A stretch of DNA of 64,000 bases from Nemertoderma westbladi. Its lineage: Eukaryota > Animalia > Xenacoelomorpha. Below, one piece after another: positions 24,502-35,729 of the stretch. A program made the position numbers and the translations under genes. The DNA lies in NCBI GenBank assembly GCA_032718475.1, contig JAUCBJ010000688.1, positions 1 to 64,000 on the forward strand, read 5' to 3'. The notes beneath the pieces were generated by a model. It had not been told where the DNA came from. It saw only the letters and a program-made list of their open reading frames with translations, and searched no databases. Positions within the stretch are counted from its first letter, which is position 1; each line of letters starts with the position of its first letter.

Positions 24502-24888
24502 AACATTCTAGAATTCGCGTAGATTATAAACGTACATTTTATTGGTTAACTGTGACATCGTTTGTTAGCACATAAAAGTAGTTAGTTAGAGGCATGTACC
24601 TAAATATTTTATATTTATATCGCTACCTTGTCGTTCAAAGTGTGCTAACTAAGCAAGTAGTTATTGATAGTAAAAATGTTTGAATAATGAACCTCCTTAG
24701 ATTATGACTATTTAATATACTTTTTTCGATTCAGGGTAAATATCGGTGGTAAATTTCTTCCCGTTTTTTTTAAGTTATGAGTGTCGTAATTCTACGCAAA
24801 AACACAAATAAATAATTATATTTACACAATAATTTATGTTATAATATTTACGCATAAAATTAATCCACAACAGAAAGCTTTTATTCTA

Positions 24889-26412
24889 CTACAGTTCATC
24901 TTTCTTCTTGTCTTCTCCACTCTCTTCTGCGAACTCTTTCATTGTATTATCAATGAACTTCGCTAACTTCTCCAACTCCCATACGCCACTGTAATCGGCA
25001 ACTCGATTGTCAATTTGCATGAAAAGTTTCACCGAAGGAAACTCATCAACTACAATGTCGTAAAGCTGATTGGCCGTAGCGTCTATCTTACCGAAGACAA
25101 TATCATTGTTATCTTTATACTTTTCGGCCAGTTCTTCTAATAATTTATCCAGTTTCTCACAGAGTCGGCAGGAAGGTCCTAAGAATCCCACTAAAGCATT
25201 AACACCAGAATTTCGTACAACCTCATGGAAAGTTCTACCAACTAACACCTTAACTGGCTTATCGAACCAACCTTCAGGTATCGGCTCACTTTCATGCTGA
25301 CTCATTATTTTACCTTCCAAACATTGATTCACGAATTCTTCTACATTTTCCCTTGATATTTTTTCTAAAACTTTTGGTTTATATATCTTCATATCGCCCT
25401 CTAGACTTTGCACAACTCTGACTGTAGGGATATCTGAGTCGTACAACTGGAAGTATTCCAAAACTCGGAAATTATCTTTCAAAGTCGCTTCAATAAATAC
25501 GAATAAAACTCTACCTTTAAAAAGTTCAGCAGTTTCCTCAAACTCCTTCAGTATGTCAGCGAATCCCTCAGACAGATGGTCTGCAAACAGAAACGCGTGA
25601 CGTTTAATATGACCGTCGAATAATATTGAAGCGGTATCGTCAGTAAAGTCGACCACTAACGGAAGTTTGCTGTGCCTTATAAACGAGGCCAAAGCCTTAA
25701 GAGTAACTTCGCCTTTATATTGGTCTCGCGAGTTCCCTTTATTTTTGAATACAACAATCTCATTGTCGTCCACTCCCATGTCTTTCATAACTGCGATATC
25801 AGTTATCAAACCGAATGTAACATCGTAAGCTTTCACGTAACTCACTACTTCCATGAATACCATGGCTTTATACGAATTTACGTCAGTAAAAAATCCCATA
25901 ACTACGTTGTTATCGTTTATAATATCGTTAGCGGCCTTGATATCATTAATGTCTACGGGTGTGGATGGTGACGTCATGTGTTTCAACCAGGCCACTAATT
26001 CCGGGGTTTCACGACTCCCTTCATATTCTTCTGGGTTGTCGGTATCTCCATTAATGTATAAATGTATCGTCGGGTAAGCCGCAACATTAAGCTGTTTAGC
26101 AAGGTCAGCCTCTACAGTGGCATCGATTTGTCCTAATCGAACAGGAATGTTTCTTTCTTTGACTATTTCAGCAACGCCTTCGTAGACTGGGGCCAACTCC
26201 TTACAATGCTGACACCAGGGGGCGTACCATTGGACCAATAGGAAGTCAGTTGTACGCAAAGCCTCATCCCAATTGGTCGAATTGAGTAATAAAACGTGAT
26301 TCTTTTCCCCTAAATAACTTATCGATTGGGAATATCCGAAGACAAAACAATTAATTACACAGAGATACGATATTACCTTCCATCTCGTTAACCGAGAGGT
26401 AACAACCGACAT
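24889..26412 (-). CDS. protein disulfide isomerase family protein (a-b-b'-a' architecture, KDEL), intronless, ~507 aa
   Basis: First ATG at 26412 followed by a hydrophobic signal-like segment. Motifs LVQWYAPWCQHCKELAP, IDAT, YPTI, KPVKVLVG, second site GPSCRLC, and C-terminal KKDEL. Confidence 0.92.
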   Translation of the reverse strand: MSVVTSRLTRWKVISYLCVINCFVFGYSQSISYLGEKNHVLLLNSTNWDEALRTTDFLLVQWYAPWCQHCKELAPVYEGVAEIVKERNIPVRLGQIDATVEADLAKQLNVAAYPTIHLYINGDTDNPEEYEGSRETPELVAWLKHMTSPSTPVDINDIKAANDIINDNNVVMGFFTDVNSYKAMVFMEVVSYVKAYDVTFGLITDIAVMKDMGVDDNEIVVFKNKGNSRDQYKGEVTLKALASFIRHSKLPLVVDFTDDTASILFDGHIKRHAFLFADHLSEGFADILKEFEETAELFKGRVLFVFIEATLKDNFRVLEYFQLYDSDIPTVRVVQSLEGDMKIYKPKVLEKISRENVEEFVNQCLEGKIMSQHESEPIPEGWFDKPVKVLVGRTFHEVVRNSGVNALVGFLGPSCRLCEKLDKLLEELAEKYKDNNDIVFGKIDATANQLYDIVVDEFPSVKLFMQIDNRVADYSGVWELEKLAKFIDNTMKEFAEESGEDKKKDEL

Positions 26413-26880
26413 CTCGGAATATTGATATATTATTTCCAATATGTTTCACAAAAACAATGTATGTATGTATGTGTTCTAATTAAAAATAATTTATAATTAA
26501 AAATTTCCGTAGGTGGGAGAATGTATGAGGCCTACCACATTCAGCCGTTTGGGTGTCAATAATTCAATACGTGGCCACACCGTATTGTCAAGTTTAACCC
26601 AATAAGGTGGTAACAATTTCACATCGGTGCCAACAAAAGGAGTTTTCTATTTCTACTTCAGCACGTTTAGGTCACGTACCGGTACATAGCTAACCTAATC
26701 GTGGCAACAAAGCAGTGGGTGGTGGTTTGGTAGTTACATACAGTTAGTTAGATGTGTGGGATTTGTATTGGATTTGTGCCGGTTGTTAGTTTTAAATCTT
26801 GAAATATTTCACAAGTGATTTGGTTTTTGTCGAGCTGTTCACTTCTATACAGGGACCCTATAATAATATCTCAGTGAACC

Positions 26881-27633
26881 ATGTATTTTGGATCCTCGGT
26901 TTTAGTGACAGGCGCCAACCGTGGAATCGGGTTGGGGTTTGTTAAGCAATTCGCCGACTTACCCAGACCACCGAAACACATATTCGCAACTTGTCGTAAT
27001 CCTCAGTTGGCAACGGAGCTCAATGCTTTAGCTGAGCGCAACCCAACGGTGCACGTGATAAAGTTGGACGTAACGAAAGAGGATGAGATTAAGGAAGTTT
27101 ACAGCGCCGTTACCACATTGGCCGGCAATGACGGGCTGAATCTTCTTATAAATAATGCAGGAATTGGAGGAAGAGCGGATCTTTACGGCGTCACATATAA
27201 GGGCATGATGGACAGTTATGCAACTAATACAGTGGGGCCCACATTGATGGCGAAGACATTCGCCCCGATACTCAAACAAACTGCGGCTGCTTGCAGCGAT
27301 CGCAGTGTCGGGTGTAGTAGAGGAGCCATCATAAACATATCTTCTAGTTTAGCTTCTATCACAGACACGTCATCATACTATGCCTTGGCCTACAGAACTT
27401 CCAAAGCCGCTCTCAATATGATAACTAAATGTTCCGCCATTCAACTTGCGCCAGACAATGTTATTGTTGCTTCCATACTCCCCGGATGGGTTAAGACTGA
27501 CTTGGGCGGGCCCAATGCTGAAATTGAGGTTGAAGAAAGTGTCCAAGATATGTTTAATGTTATGTCAACTCTCGACGCTGAAGGGACTGGTAAGTATTAT
27601 GATCGTCGTGATGGCCGTGTGTGGCCATTTTGA
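26881..27633 (+). CDS. classical short-chain dehydrogenase/reductase, C-factor (CsgA)/sniffer-like, intronless CDS, 250 aa
   Basis: TGANRGIG (TGxxxGxG), ATCR, LLINNAG, NISS, catalytic YRTSK, PGWVKTDLGG. Confidence 0.93.
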   Translation: MYFGSSVLVTGANRGIGLGFVKQFADLPRPPKHIFATCRNPQLATELNALAERNPTVHVIKLDVTKEDEIKEVYSAVTTLAGNDGLNLLINNAGIGGRADLYGVTYKGMMDSYATNTVGPTLMAKTFAPILKQTAAACSDRSVGCSRGAIINISSSLASITDTSSYYALAYRTSKAALNMITKCSAIQLAPDNVIVASILPGWVKTDLGGPNAEIEVEESVQDMFNVMSTLDAEGTGKYYDRRDGRVWPF

Positions 27634-29517
27634 TACGGGAATTCAGGGAATTGGACTGTTAGACTGTAAAACACGTTAAACGGTAGTTTATCGGTAGTAG
27701 ATTAGAATATTTTTTGTTTTGTTATTTTTAAGTTTAGTTTACAATGTTACAAATAGAAACACAGGTTCGTTGTGTTACCTAATTTTATTGATTGTGTATG
27801 CCATCACTGGTTCATAGATATTATTTATAAAAAGGTTATAGCTGATAGCTAACTGTAGTTTGTAAAGTTTTGTACTTCTTAGTTCTTGTGGGGCGAGCCA
27901 CGAAGTAAGTTGAGCCTTAGCGTAGGGGTACCATTCAATAATGAACCTGCCGTTGTGTTGATCTATCGTTCTGTCAATAACTACCACCGCAGAAGGCTTA
28001 TATATCCAAAATACAGTAGTTTATTCCACAAAATATTGTGCTAATATTTTTTGATGGGATTTCTGTGAAATGTTCTTAAAAATTATAATATTATTATTTT
28101 TGTGTGTCCTTTGAATTATAAAAAAAATCACTGAGGCATTAACGCTGCAAATTAATTTAATCGAGCTCGGCATAAGATAATTTTTAATATTGAGACGCCA
28201 CAATCTTAATTATTAAACACAAATTCACTGTCAATACATACCATACCATACCCAATCTCACGCATTACAGTAGTGGAGGCCTACTGTCAGCGTATCACTT
28301 TTGAAGTTATGGGTGCGTTTACTTGATTATAGTCCTGGGTCGTTAAATTACAAAAGAAAATTCACCTTAATAAAGGTGATCAGCTTAATTAGCATAAATT
28401 AACATAATTAATGAGGAAAAATGACGTAACAGTTAAAACACGATTTCTCCTTTTAGTTCTCAATGGATTTTCAAAATTGTTTTTTTGTTTTGATGAGAAT
28501 CATACCATAATCATAATCAAAATGAACGAGCATAATTTTTATAGACCTCACAGTTTTTGAATTATAGCAAATTTTGTAAGTTTTCGACAAAAAATTAAGA
28601 ATATTTGGGAAAAAGTCACCGTAACTTTTTTCTAAATATTTTTTCAAACTTATGTTCGTTCATTTTATCGGACAGTTTCTGGGCATTCCAAAACAAAAAA
28701 CAGATTGAAAATCGGTTCACAAATGGCTGAGAAATCGTGTTTCCCATTTTCTATTACGTTCGAAGTTTTCATTAAATCGATTTAAAGTTCAGTTATAATA
28801 ATTCAAACCTTCCCGCCATTATTAGTAATTATGGAATTTTCCTACATTTTCTTTTTGTAGTGTTTTTTTTAAACAATCTTTGATGCCAATTTTGTACCTA
28901 ATAAAAGTAACCAACAAAACCAAATTGGCAACAGGCCAAAATTGATTTTAACAATATTTAGCAGGATGAAAGAAAGCCTTCGCGCAGAACTACGTAGAAC
29001 ACATGTGAAGCTTTTCCCCACTTTGGAATAAAACTCAAATTTCCATATTTAAGTTTTCACAATTGAGTACAATTATGGAGACAAATCGTGATAGTCTACG
29101 TTTTCAAGTAATATTATATTATTATATTACTTTTTATTAAGTTATGTACAGTATTTAACTAGGATGGTTAAAATGACTCTTCCGCCAGCACGAGAAGTAT
29201 CTGACCGACTGTCTGTCTGTCAAAATATAAGAAAAGCATTCCACGTATTTTGCTAACATGGGGTTTTCCTGGATGGTGATTTTATTTCCACTGACAGTTT
29301 TCTCGTTTGTTGGCATCCAAACTGTATGTTTGGTTGTCGAACTGTCAGTAACATTTTGCCAGACTGACTGACAGACTGACATCCATAAAGACAGGCAAAT
29401 GGCAAATGTAAAAAACTGACTTCGGAAATGAAATCTCCGACCAAGAAAACCATTAGAACGGAAATATTAGCTGGGTTGTATACTTTGTTACATTTCGACG
29501 GACAGACAGACAAATGG

Positions 29518-29955
29518 ACTAGGATCGGCATGCTGCATTGCAGCTGCATTTTTAAGAATGCTGTGCCGGCTTGTCGACAAAATTGCACCGCCACAACTCC
29601 CTATCACCCATGACATTTGCTAGATCATCCGCATCTTCAAAGCCAGTGTCCTTTAATATGCGTCTCAAAAAAGTCATGGGCTGTCCACCATGCTTATTCA
29701 CTCCATGAGGCTGCCAAAGTACAAGAATATGCACTGGCTGGTCCTCACGGCGAAAGCAATGTCCTGCACAGCGGAGGCGATTTTGTTCTAGTGTCAAGCT
29801 TGGGGGAACCAATGAGACACCTCCAATGTTATATAGTGTCTGGTTGGAGATGTGTGCATTGTACTTGACACAATGAACCCGGCGTAACATTCTTGTGAAT
29901 GTGCCATCCAGAGATTTGGTGTCCTCAGCAGTTAGAGCCCAGCATGGACTCCCAT
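29518..29955 (-). mobile_element. 5'-truncated RTE-like non-LTR retrotransposon, 3' end (copy 1)
   Basis: Encodes GSPCWALTAEDTKSLDGTFTRMLRRV...RLRCAGHCFRREDQP. It is the reverse complement of 30578-31015. Confidence 0.85.
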
Positions 29956-30217
29956 GGACAAACAGACTGTACACAAACCTAGAGTCCAAGACCACAGTCT
30001 ATATTCTGCAAAATTTTAAAATTGACTTGGGAAATTAATTTGTATTGTGGCGTCAACAAATCTGAAGGCCATCCAAATTAATAGCTAAACAATCGTATAG
30101 AATGGTGCACATTGAGTTACAATTTAATTAAGAGAGACGCCCCGCCCCCATTAGGCACAACATTGGAGAGCACGAAATTTCTCAATTTTGGATTGTGTAA
30201 CAAGATACTTAATCTTA

Positions 30218-31020
30218 GGAGTACTCTCAGAATCACTAGAGGGAGCCCAACGGCTCCTCAGCTCATTAGAACATGCTGCTTCTAGTGTTGGTCTTTTTAT
30301 TAACTCCAGAAAGACCAACATTTTGACAGTTAACTTTGAAAGTCCTCAGCAAGTCTCTGATCGGATGAGCATAAGCTCAAAAGATGGTATGCTTGAGCAT
30401 GTGGTGACTTCTGTCACCTGGGATTATGGATCCGGAAGTCAGGTGAGGACCTTCGAATACGTAAGGGAAAGGCATGGGCAGCCTTGAATAGGCTTTCCAG
30501 GATTTGGAAGTCACCGAGAATTAATCGGACACTTAAGGTCCGATTATTTAGAGCAGCAGTAGTTCCAGTACTCCTCTATGGGAGTCCATGCTGGGCTCTA
30601 ACTGCTGAGGACACCAAATCTCTGGATGGCAAATTCACAAGAATGCTACGCCGGGTTCATTGTGCCAAGTACAATGCACACATCTCCAACCAGACACTAT
30701 ATAACATTGGAGGTGTCCCATTGGTTCCCCCAAGCTTGACACTAGAACAAAATCGTCTCCGCTTTGCAGGACATTGCTTTCGCCGTGAGGACCAGCCAGT
30801 GCATAATCTTGCACTTTGGCAGCCTCATGGAGTGAATAAGCATGGTGGACATCCCATGACTTTCTTGAGACGCATCATAAAGGACACTGGCCTTGAAGAT
30901 GCGGATGATCTAGCAAATGTCATGGGTGATAGGGAGTTGTGGCAGTGCAATTTTGTCGATAAGCCGGCACAGCATTCTTAAAAATGCAGCTGCAATGCAG
31001 CATGCCGATCCTAGTAGTAG
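30218..31020 (+). mobile_element. 5'-truncated, frameshifted RTE-like non-LTR retrotransposon (copy 2)
   Basis: RT C-terminal motifs AQRLLSSLEHAASSVGLFINSRKT, RIWKS..INRTLKVRLFRAAVVPVLLYGS, RLRFAGHCFRR, DRELW. Short (TAG)n tail at ~31012-31020. Confidence 0.88.
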
Positions 31021-31115
31021 AAATATTATTATATGAATTTACCTTGTCAATGTCTCAACGAAATCTTTTATCTACCCAAGCCAACAAAACTTTCGTAACT
31101 TTCCAAACCATTCTA

Positions 31116-33717
31116 CACAAGGGGGGTCGGGTGGTGGTGTCGTTATTGAACCACAAGGGGGGTGTTGGGTCATTACTGGGCCATAAGGGGGGTGTTGGTG
31201 TCGTTATTGAGCTACAAGGGGGGTGTTGGGGTCTTTGAGCCACAAGGGGGTGCTGGGGTCGTTACTGAGCCACAAGGGGGGGGGGGGTGGTGGGGTTTAA
31301 TTGAGCCATAAGGGGGTGGTGGGGTCTTTATTGAGCCACAAGGGGGTGGGGGTGTTGTTATTGAGCCACAAGGGGGTGGTGGGGTCGTTATTGAGCCACA
31401 AGGGGGTGGTGGTGTCGTTATTGAGCCACAAGGGGGTTGTGGGGTCGTTATTGAGCCACAAGGGGGTGGTGGTGTCGTTATTGAGCCACAAGGGGGTGGT
31501 GGGGTCGTTATTGAGCCACAAGGGGGTGGAGGTGTCGTTATTGAGCCACAAGGGGGGGTGTTGGGTCGTTATTGAGCCACAAGGGGGGTGTTGGGGTGTT
31601 ATTGAGCCACAAGGGGGGTGTTGGGTCGTTATTGAGCCACAGGGGGGTGTTGGGTCGTTATTGAGCCACAGGGGGGGTGGTGGTGTCGTTATTGAGCCAC
31701 AAGGGGGTGGTGGTGTCGTTATTGAGCCACAAGGGGGTGGTGGGGTCGTTATTGAGCCACAAGGGGTGTGTTGGGTCGGTATTGAGCCACAAGGGGGGTG
31801 TTGGGTCGTTATTGAGCCACAAGGGGGTGGTGGTGTCGTTATTGAGTCACAAGGGGGGTGGTGGTGTCGTTATTGAGCCAGAAGGGGGTGTTGGGTCGTT
31901 AGTGAGCCACAAGGGGGTGTTGGGTCGTTATTAAGCCACAAGAGGTGTGTTGGGTTGTTATTGAGCCACAAGGGGGTGGTGGTGTCGTTATTGAGCCACA
32001 AGGTGGTGGGGTCGTTATTGAGCCACAAGGCGGTGGTGGTGGGGTTTAATTGAGCCACAACGGGGCGGTGGTGTCGTTATTGAGCCAGAAGGGGGTGCAG
32101 GGTCGTTATTGAGCCACAAGGGGGGTGGTGGTGTCGTTATTGAGCCACAAGGGGGTGGTGGGGTCGTTATTGAGCCACAAGGGGGTGGTGGTGTCGTTAT
32201 TGAGCCACAAGGGGGTGGTGGTGTCGTTATTGAGCCACAAGGGGGTGGTGGGGTCGTTAGTGAGCCACAATGGGGGTGTTGGGTCGTTATTGAGCCACAA
32301 GGGGGGTGTTGGGTCGTTATTGAGCCACAATGGGGTGGTGGTGTCGTTATTGAGCCACAAGGGGGTGGTGGTGTCGTTATTGAGCCACAAGGGGGGGTGT
32401 TGGGTCGTTATTGAGCCACAAGGGGGTGTTGGGTCGTTATTGAGCCACAAGAGGGGTGTTGGGTCGTTAATGAGCCACAAGGGGGTGGTGGTGTCGTTAT
32501 TGAGCGACAGGGTGGTGGGGTCGTTATTGAGCCACAAGGGGGTGGTGGTGTCGTTATTGAGCCAGAAGGGGGTGGTGGGGTCGTTATTGAGCCACAAGGG
32601 GGTGGTGGTGTCGTTATTGAGCCACAAGGGGTGGTGTTGGGTCGTTAATGAGCCACAAGGGGGTGGTGGTGTCGTTATTGAGCCACAGGGTGGTGGGGTC
32701 GTTATTGAGCCACAAGGGGGTGGTGGTGTCGTTATTGAGCCACAATGGGGTGGTGGTGTCGTTATTGAGCCACAAGGGGGTGGTGGTGTCGTTATTGAGC
32801 CACAAGGGGGGGGGGGGGGGTGTTGGGTCGTTATTGAGCCACAAGGGGGTGTTGGGTCGTTATTGAGCCACAAGAGGGGTGTTGGGTCGTTAATGAGCCA
32901 CAAGGGGGTGGTGGTGTCGTTATTGAGCCACAGGGTGGTGGGGTCGTTATTGAGCCACAAGGGGGTGGTGGTGTCGTTATTGAGCCACAAGGGGGTGGTG
33001 GGGTCGTTATTGAGCCACAAGGGGGGTGGTGGTGTTGTTATTGAGCCACGCTGGGGGTGGTGGTGTCGTTATTAAGCCACAAGGGGGGGGGGGGGTCTTT
33101 ATTGAGCCACAAGGGGTGGTGTGGTCTTTATTGAGCCACAAGGGTGTGGTGGGGTCGTTATTGAGCCACAAGGGGTGGTGGGGTGTTTATTGAGCCACAA
33201 GGGAGAGTGGTGGGGTCATTATTGAGCTACAAGGGGGGGGGGGGGGTGTTGGGGTCTTTGAGCCACAAGGGGGGGGGGGGTGCTGGGGTCGTTACTGAGC
33301 CACAAGGGAGGGTGTTGGCGTCATTATTGAACCACAAGGGGGTGGTGGGGGTCGTTATTGAGCCACAAGGGGGTGGTGGTGTCGTTATTGAGCCACAAGG
33401 GGTGGTGTGGTCTTTATTGAGCCACAAGGGTGTGGTGGGGTCGTTATTGAGCCACAAGGGGGTGGTGGGGTGTTTATTGAGCCACAAGGGAGAGTGGTGG
33501 GGTCATTATTGAGCTACAAGGGGGGGGGGGGGGTGTTGGGGTCATTATTGAACCACAAGGGAGTGGTGGGGGTCGTTATTGAGCCACAAGGGGGTGGTGG
33601 GGTCTTTATTGAGTCACCAGGGGGTGTTGGGGTCTTTATTGAGCCACCAGGGGGTGTTGGGGTCTTTATTGAGCCACCAGGGGGGGTGGGGTGTTGGGGT
33701 CTTTATTGAGTCACAAG
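31116..33717. repeat. ~30-bp G-rich minisatellite (~85 copies) with variable G-runs
   Basis: Unit TTATTGAGCCACAAGGGGGTGGTGG(G/T)GTCG, with more degenerate edges. Confidence 0.95.
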
Positions 33718-34574
33718 TTCGGGGAATAAAATGAACAAAGAATCCCAATTAGGAACAACCATCGAACATGCGACTGTATTATACAATAATTACATAACCT
33801 CACTTTGTGATATTTACTACAATAGAACAGAGAGACTCTTTGCACAGATAAAATAACCAACGAACAATATCTAATATTAAACAAACAGACATACATTCTA
33901 TATTTATTACTGTGATATTGAAACACGTTGTATCACTAGACGCTTTCTACACCTATTGTATATAATCGCAATAAAGTCAACGCCTTTAATGACGTCATTA
34001 TTTTAAATTAATAATTACTTGAAGTCTCAATAATAGAGATATTAAAAAGTAGCAATACCAATTATTTATAATTTAAGTAGTAATAAAAAGGTAAAAGGTT
34101 TACTGTTTCAGTAAGTCCTCATTCATTATAAAATAATGTACTTTTTACGGTTCAAAATAAATGCTAATAAAAACGAATCGCTTAAGATGTTGAAAATTAT
34201 AAGAAATTAAGACATTTAAAGACGTTGACCACAATATTACACAAAATATAAAAATTATATAGTATATTGTTGAAATCCAATGGAAATTTACTGTAAAACA
34301 AAACATTATAAACCAAACGTGTTTGCCTTTTAACATTACTTACCAATACAAACACTACACTTTCCGTTTACTTAATTACTTACTTAACTACGTTAATTGT
34401 AATAAAATTCACTACATAAAATTAAAAAATACCAAATTTAATTAATTAATAACAGTAATTGGCAAAAAACGAGTTTGTAATTATTATAAGCAATTGGACT
34501 AAAAAGGAATCTTGCTAAATGAGTTTGTTCAGCTAGTTCCCGCTAGGGGGACTCTGTTTATGCACCAAATTTAT

Positions 34575-34869
34575 TCGCGTGCCGAATTTATTCCCATAAT
34601 TGCCCGTCGATGACTATAATTACTCAAACTAAGTAGAGTTGAAAATATCAACGTCTACGTAGTTCAGTAAACAATGTTCAACTCTATATTTAGTATGAAT
34701 GCCCCCGTAACCTGGGCGATGAACTACCTTAAAGCTATAATCATCACCCCTCATTGCGATGGGACGCGGTGTATTTGAAATAATATAATTTATACGCCGT
34801 ATCTCTTTAACTGGCCTGTATGTTCATATCGAGCGCGGTGTGTTTAAACGGAATAAATTCGGCACGCGA
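34575..34869. repeat. 20-bp perfect inverted repeat pair (MITE-like) downstream of the UNC5 stop
   Basis: TCGCGTGCCGAATTTATTCC (34575-34594) and GGAATAAATTCGGCACGCGA (34850-34869). Confidence 0.6.
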
Positions 34870-35186
34870 CTCAAAACTACACTCTCCTCTCCATTACATT
34901 ACCAGGTTTGCTGCGCGCACCCACTTTGCTGCGGGCATCCCGCTTGCTGGAGGCGAAAGTTTTGCTGCGACCACCCAGAATGATACAAAGGTAAATCACG
35001 CAGTTTGTTACGAAAAACCATTTTGCCGCGAGCACCGTTGAAAAAAGAGCATCCTGTTTGCCGTGACGAGTACAACTGAGCACCCAGTTTATTAATTATT
35101 TAAGTCTTAATAAATAGACCAAATTCATTTACTGAGCCAGAATAGCACTTCCATATACACAACTATAAGCAGGCCGCTAGAGGGCG

Positions 35187-35729
35187 TTAGCAGACGACAT
35201 CCCATTGGCTGAGTTCCTGCTCCACATATATACCGGCGTCCCTACGGCCCATCACGTCCAGTATATGAATGAGTTCGGGTACTGCAGTGGTGTCCCGGTT
35301 GCGGGCCTCCCACAGATCCAGTATGTGCTCCGTGGGACTCGATTTGGTAGCGAAATAGTTTATATACCTAAACAAAGTAATAATATAATAATATAAATAT
35401 ATAATAATACAAAGTAATATAAAGTAAACTCTAGTGAGGGAAAGTACAATCAAACTATACAGATAAACAAGGTTGGTATCTTTACCTCCTTGTGTTGGTT
35501 TGTTACTCAACTCATACAATCCCATGACTCACCTATCGACTTGTAATTGGCGAGCTAACATCCTCCAATCGTTGCCCTGTAGATTGGGGGGATCCAACCA
35601 GAGACACAGCTTGTGTTTCACGTGACTGGGTAGCCGGAATACCACGCCCTCGTTGGCTTGGTGCGCCCCCGAACTGTTACACGAGGAACCACCATCGCGG
35701 ATCTGTAGTTGCAGCATCACGTCGCTAGG
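35187..35729 (-). CDS. unc5: UNC5 death-domain exons (35533-35729 and 35187-35367)
   Basis: FRLPSHVKHKLCLWLDPPNLQGNDWRMLARQLQVDR|YINYFATKSSPTEHILDLWEAR...WDVVC*; phase-2 intron GTGAGT...TTTAG. Confidence 0.92.

Noticed and set aside
28330-28830. Possible non-autonomous DNA transposon (GAAAATCGGTT-type internal motifs)
   Set aside because: Could not define terminal inverted repeats or a TSD by eye.
31055-33709. Many short ORFs (WLNNDPTTPL, SLLSHKGVV, VIEPQGGG)
   Set aside because: Frames of the G-rich minisatellite, broken repeatedly by G-run length changes.
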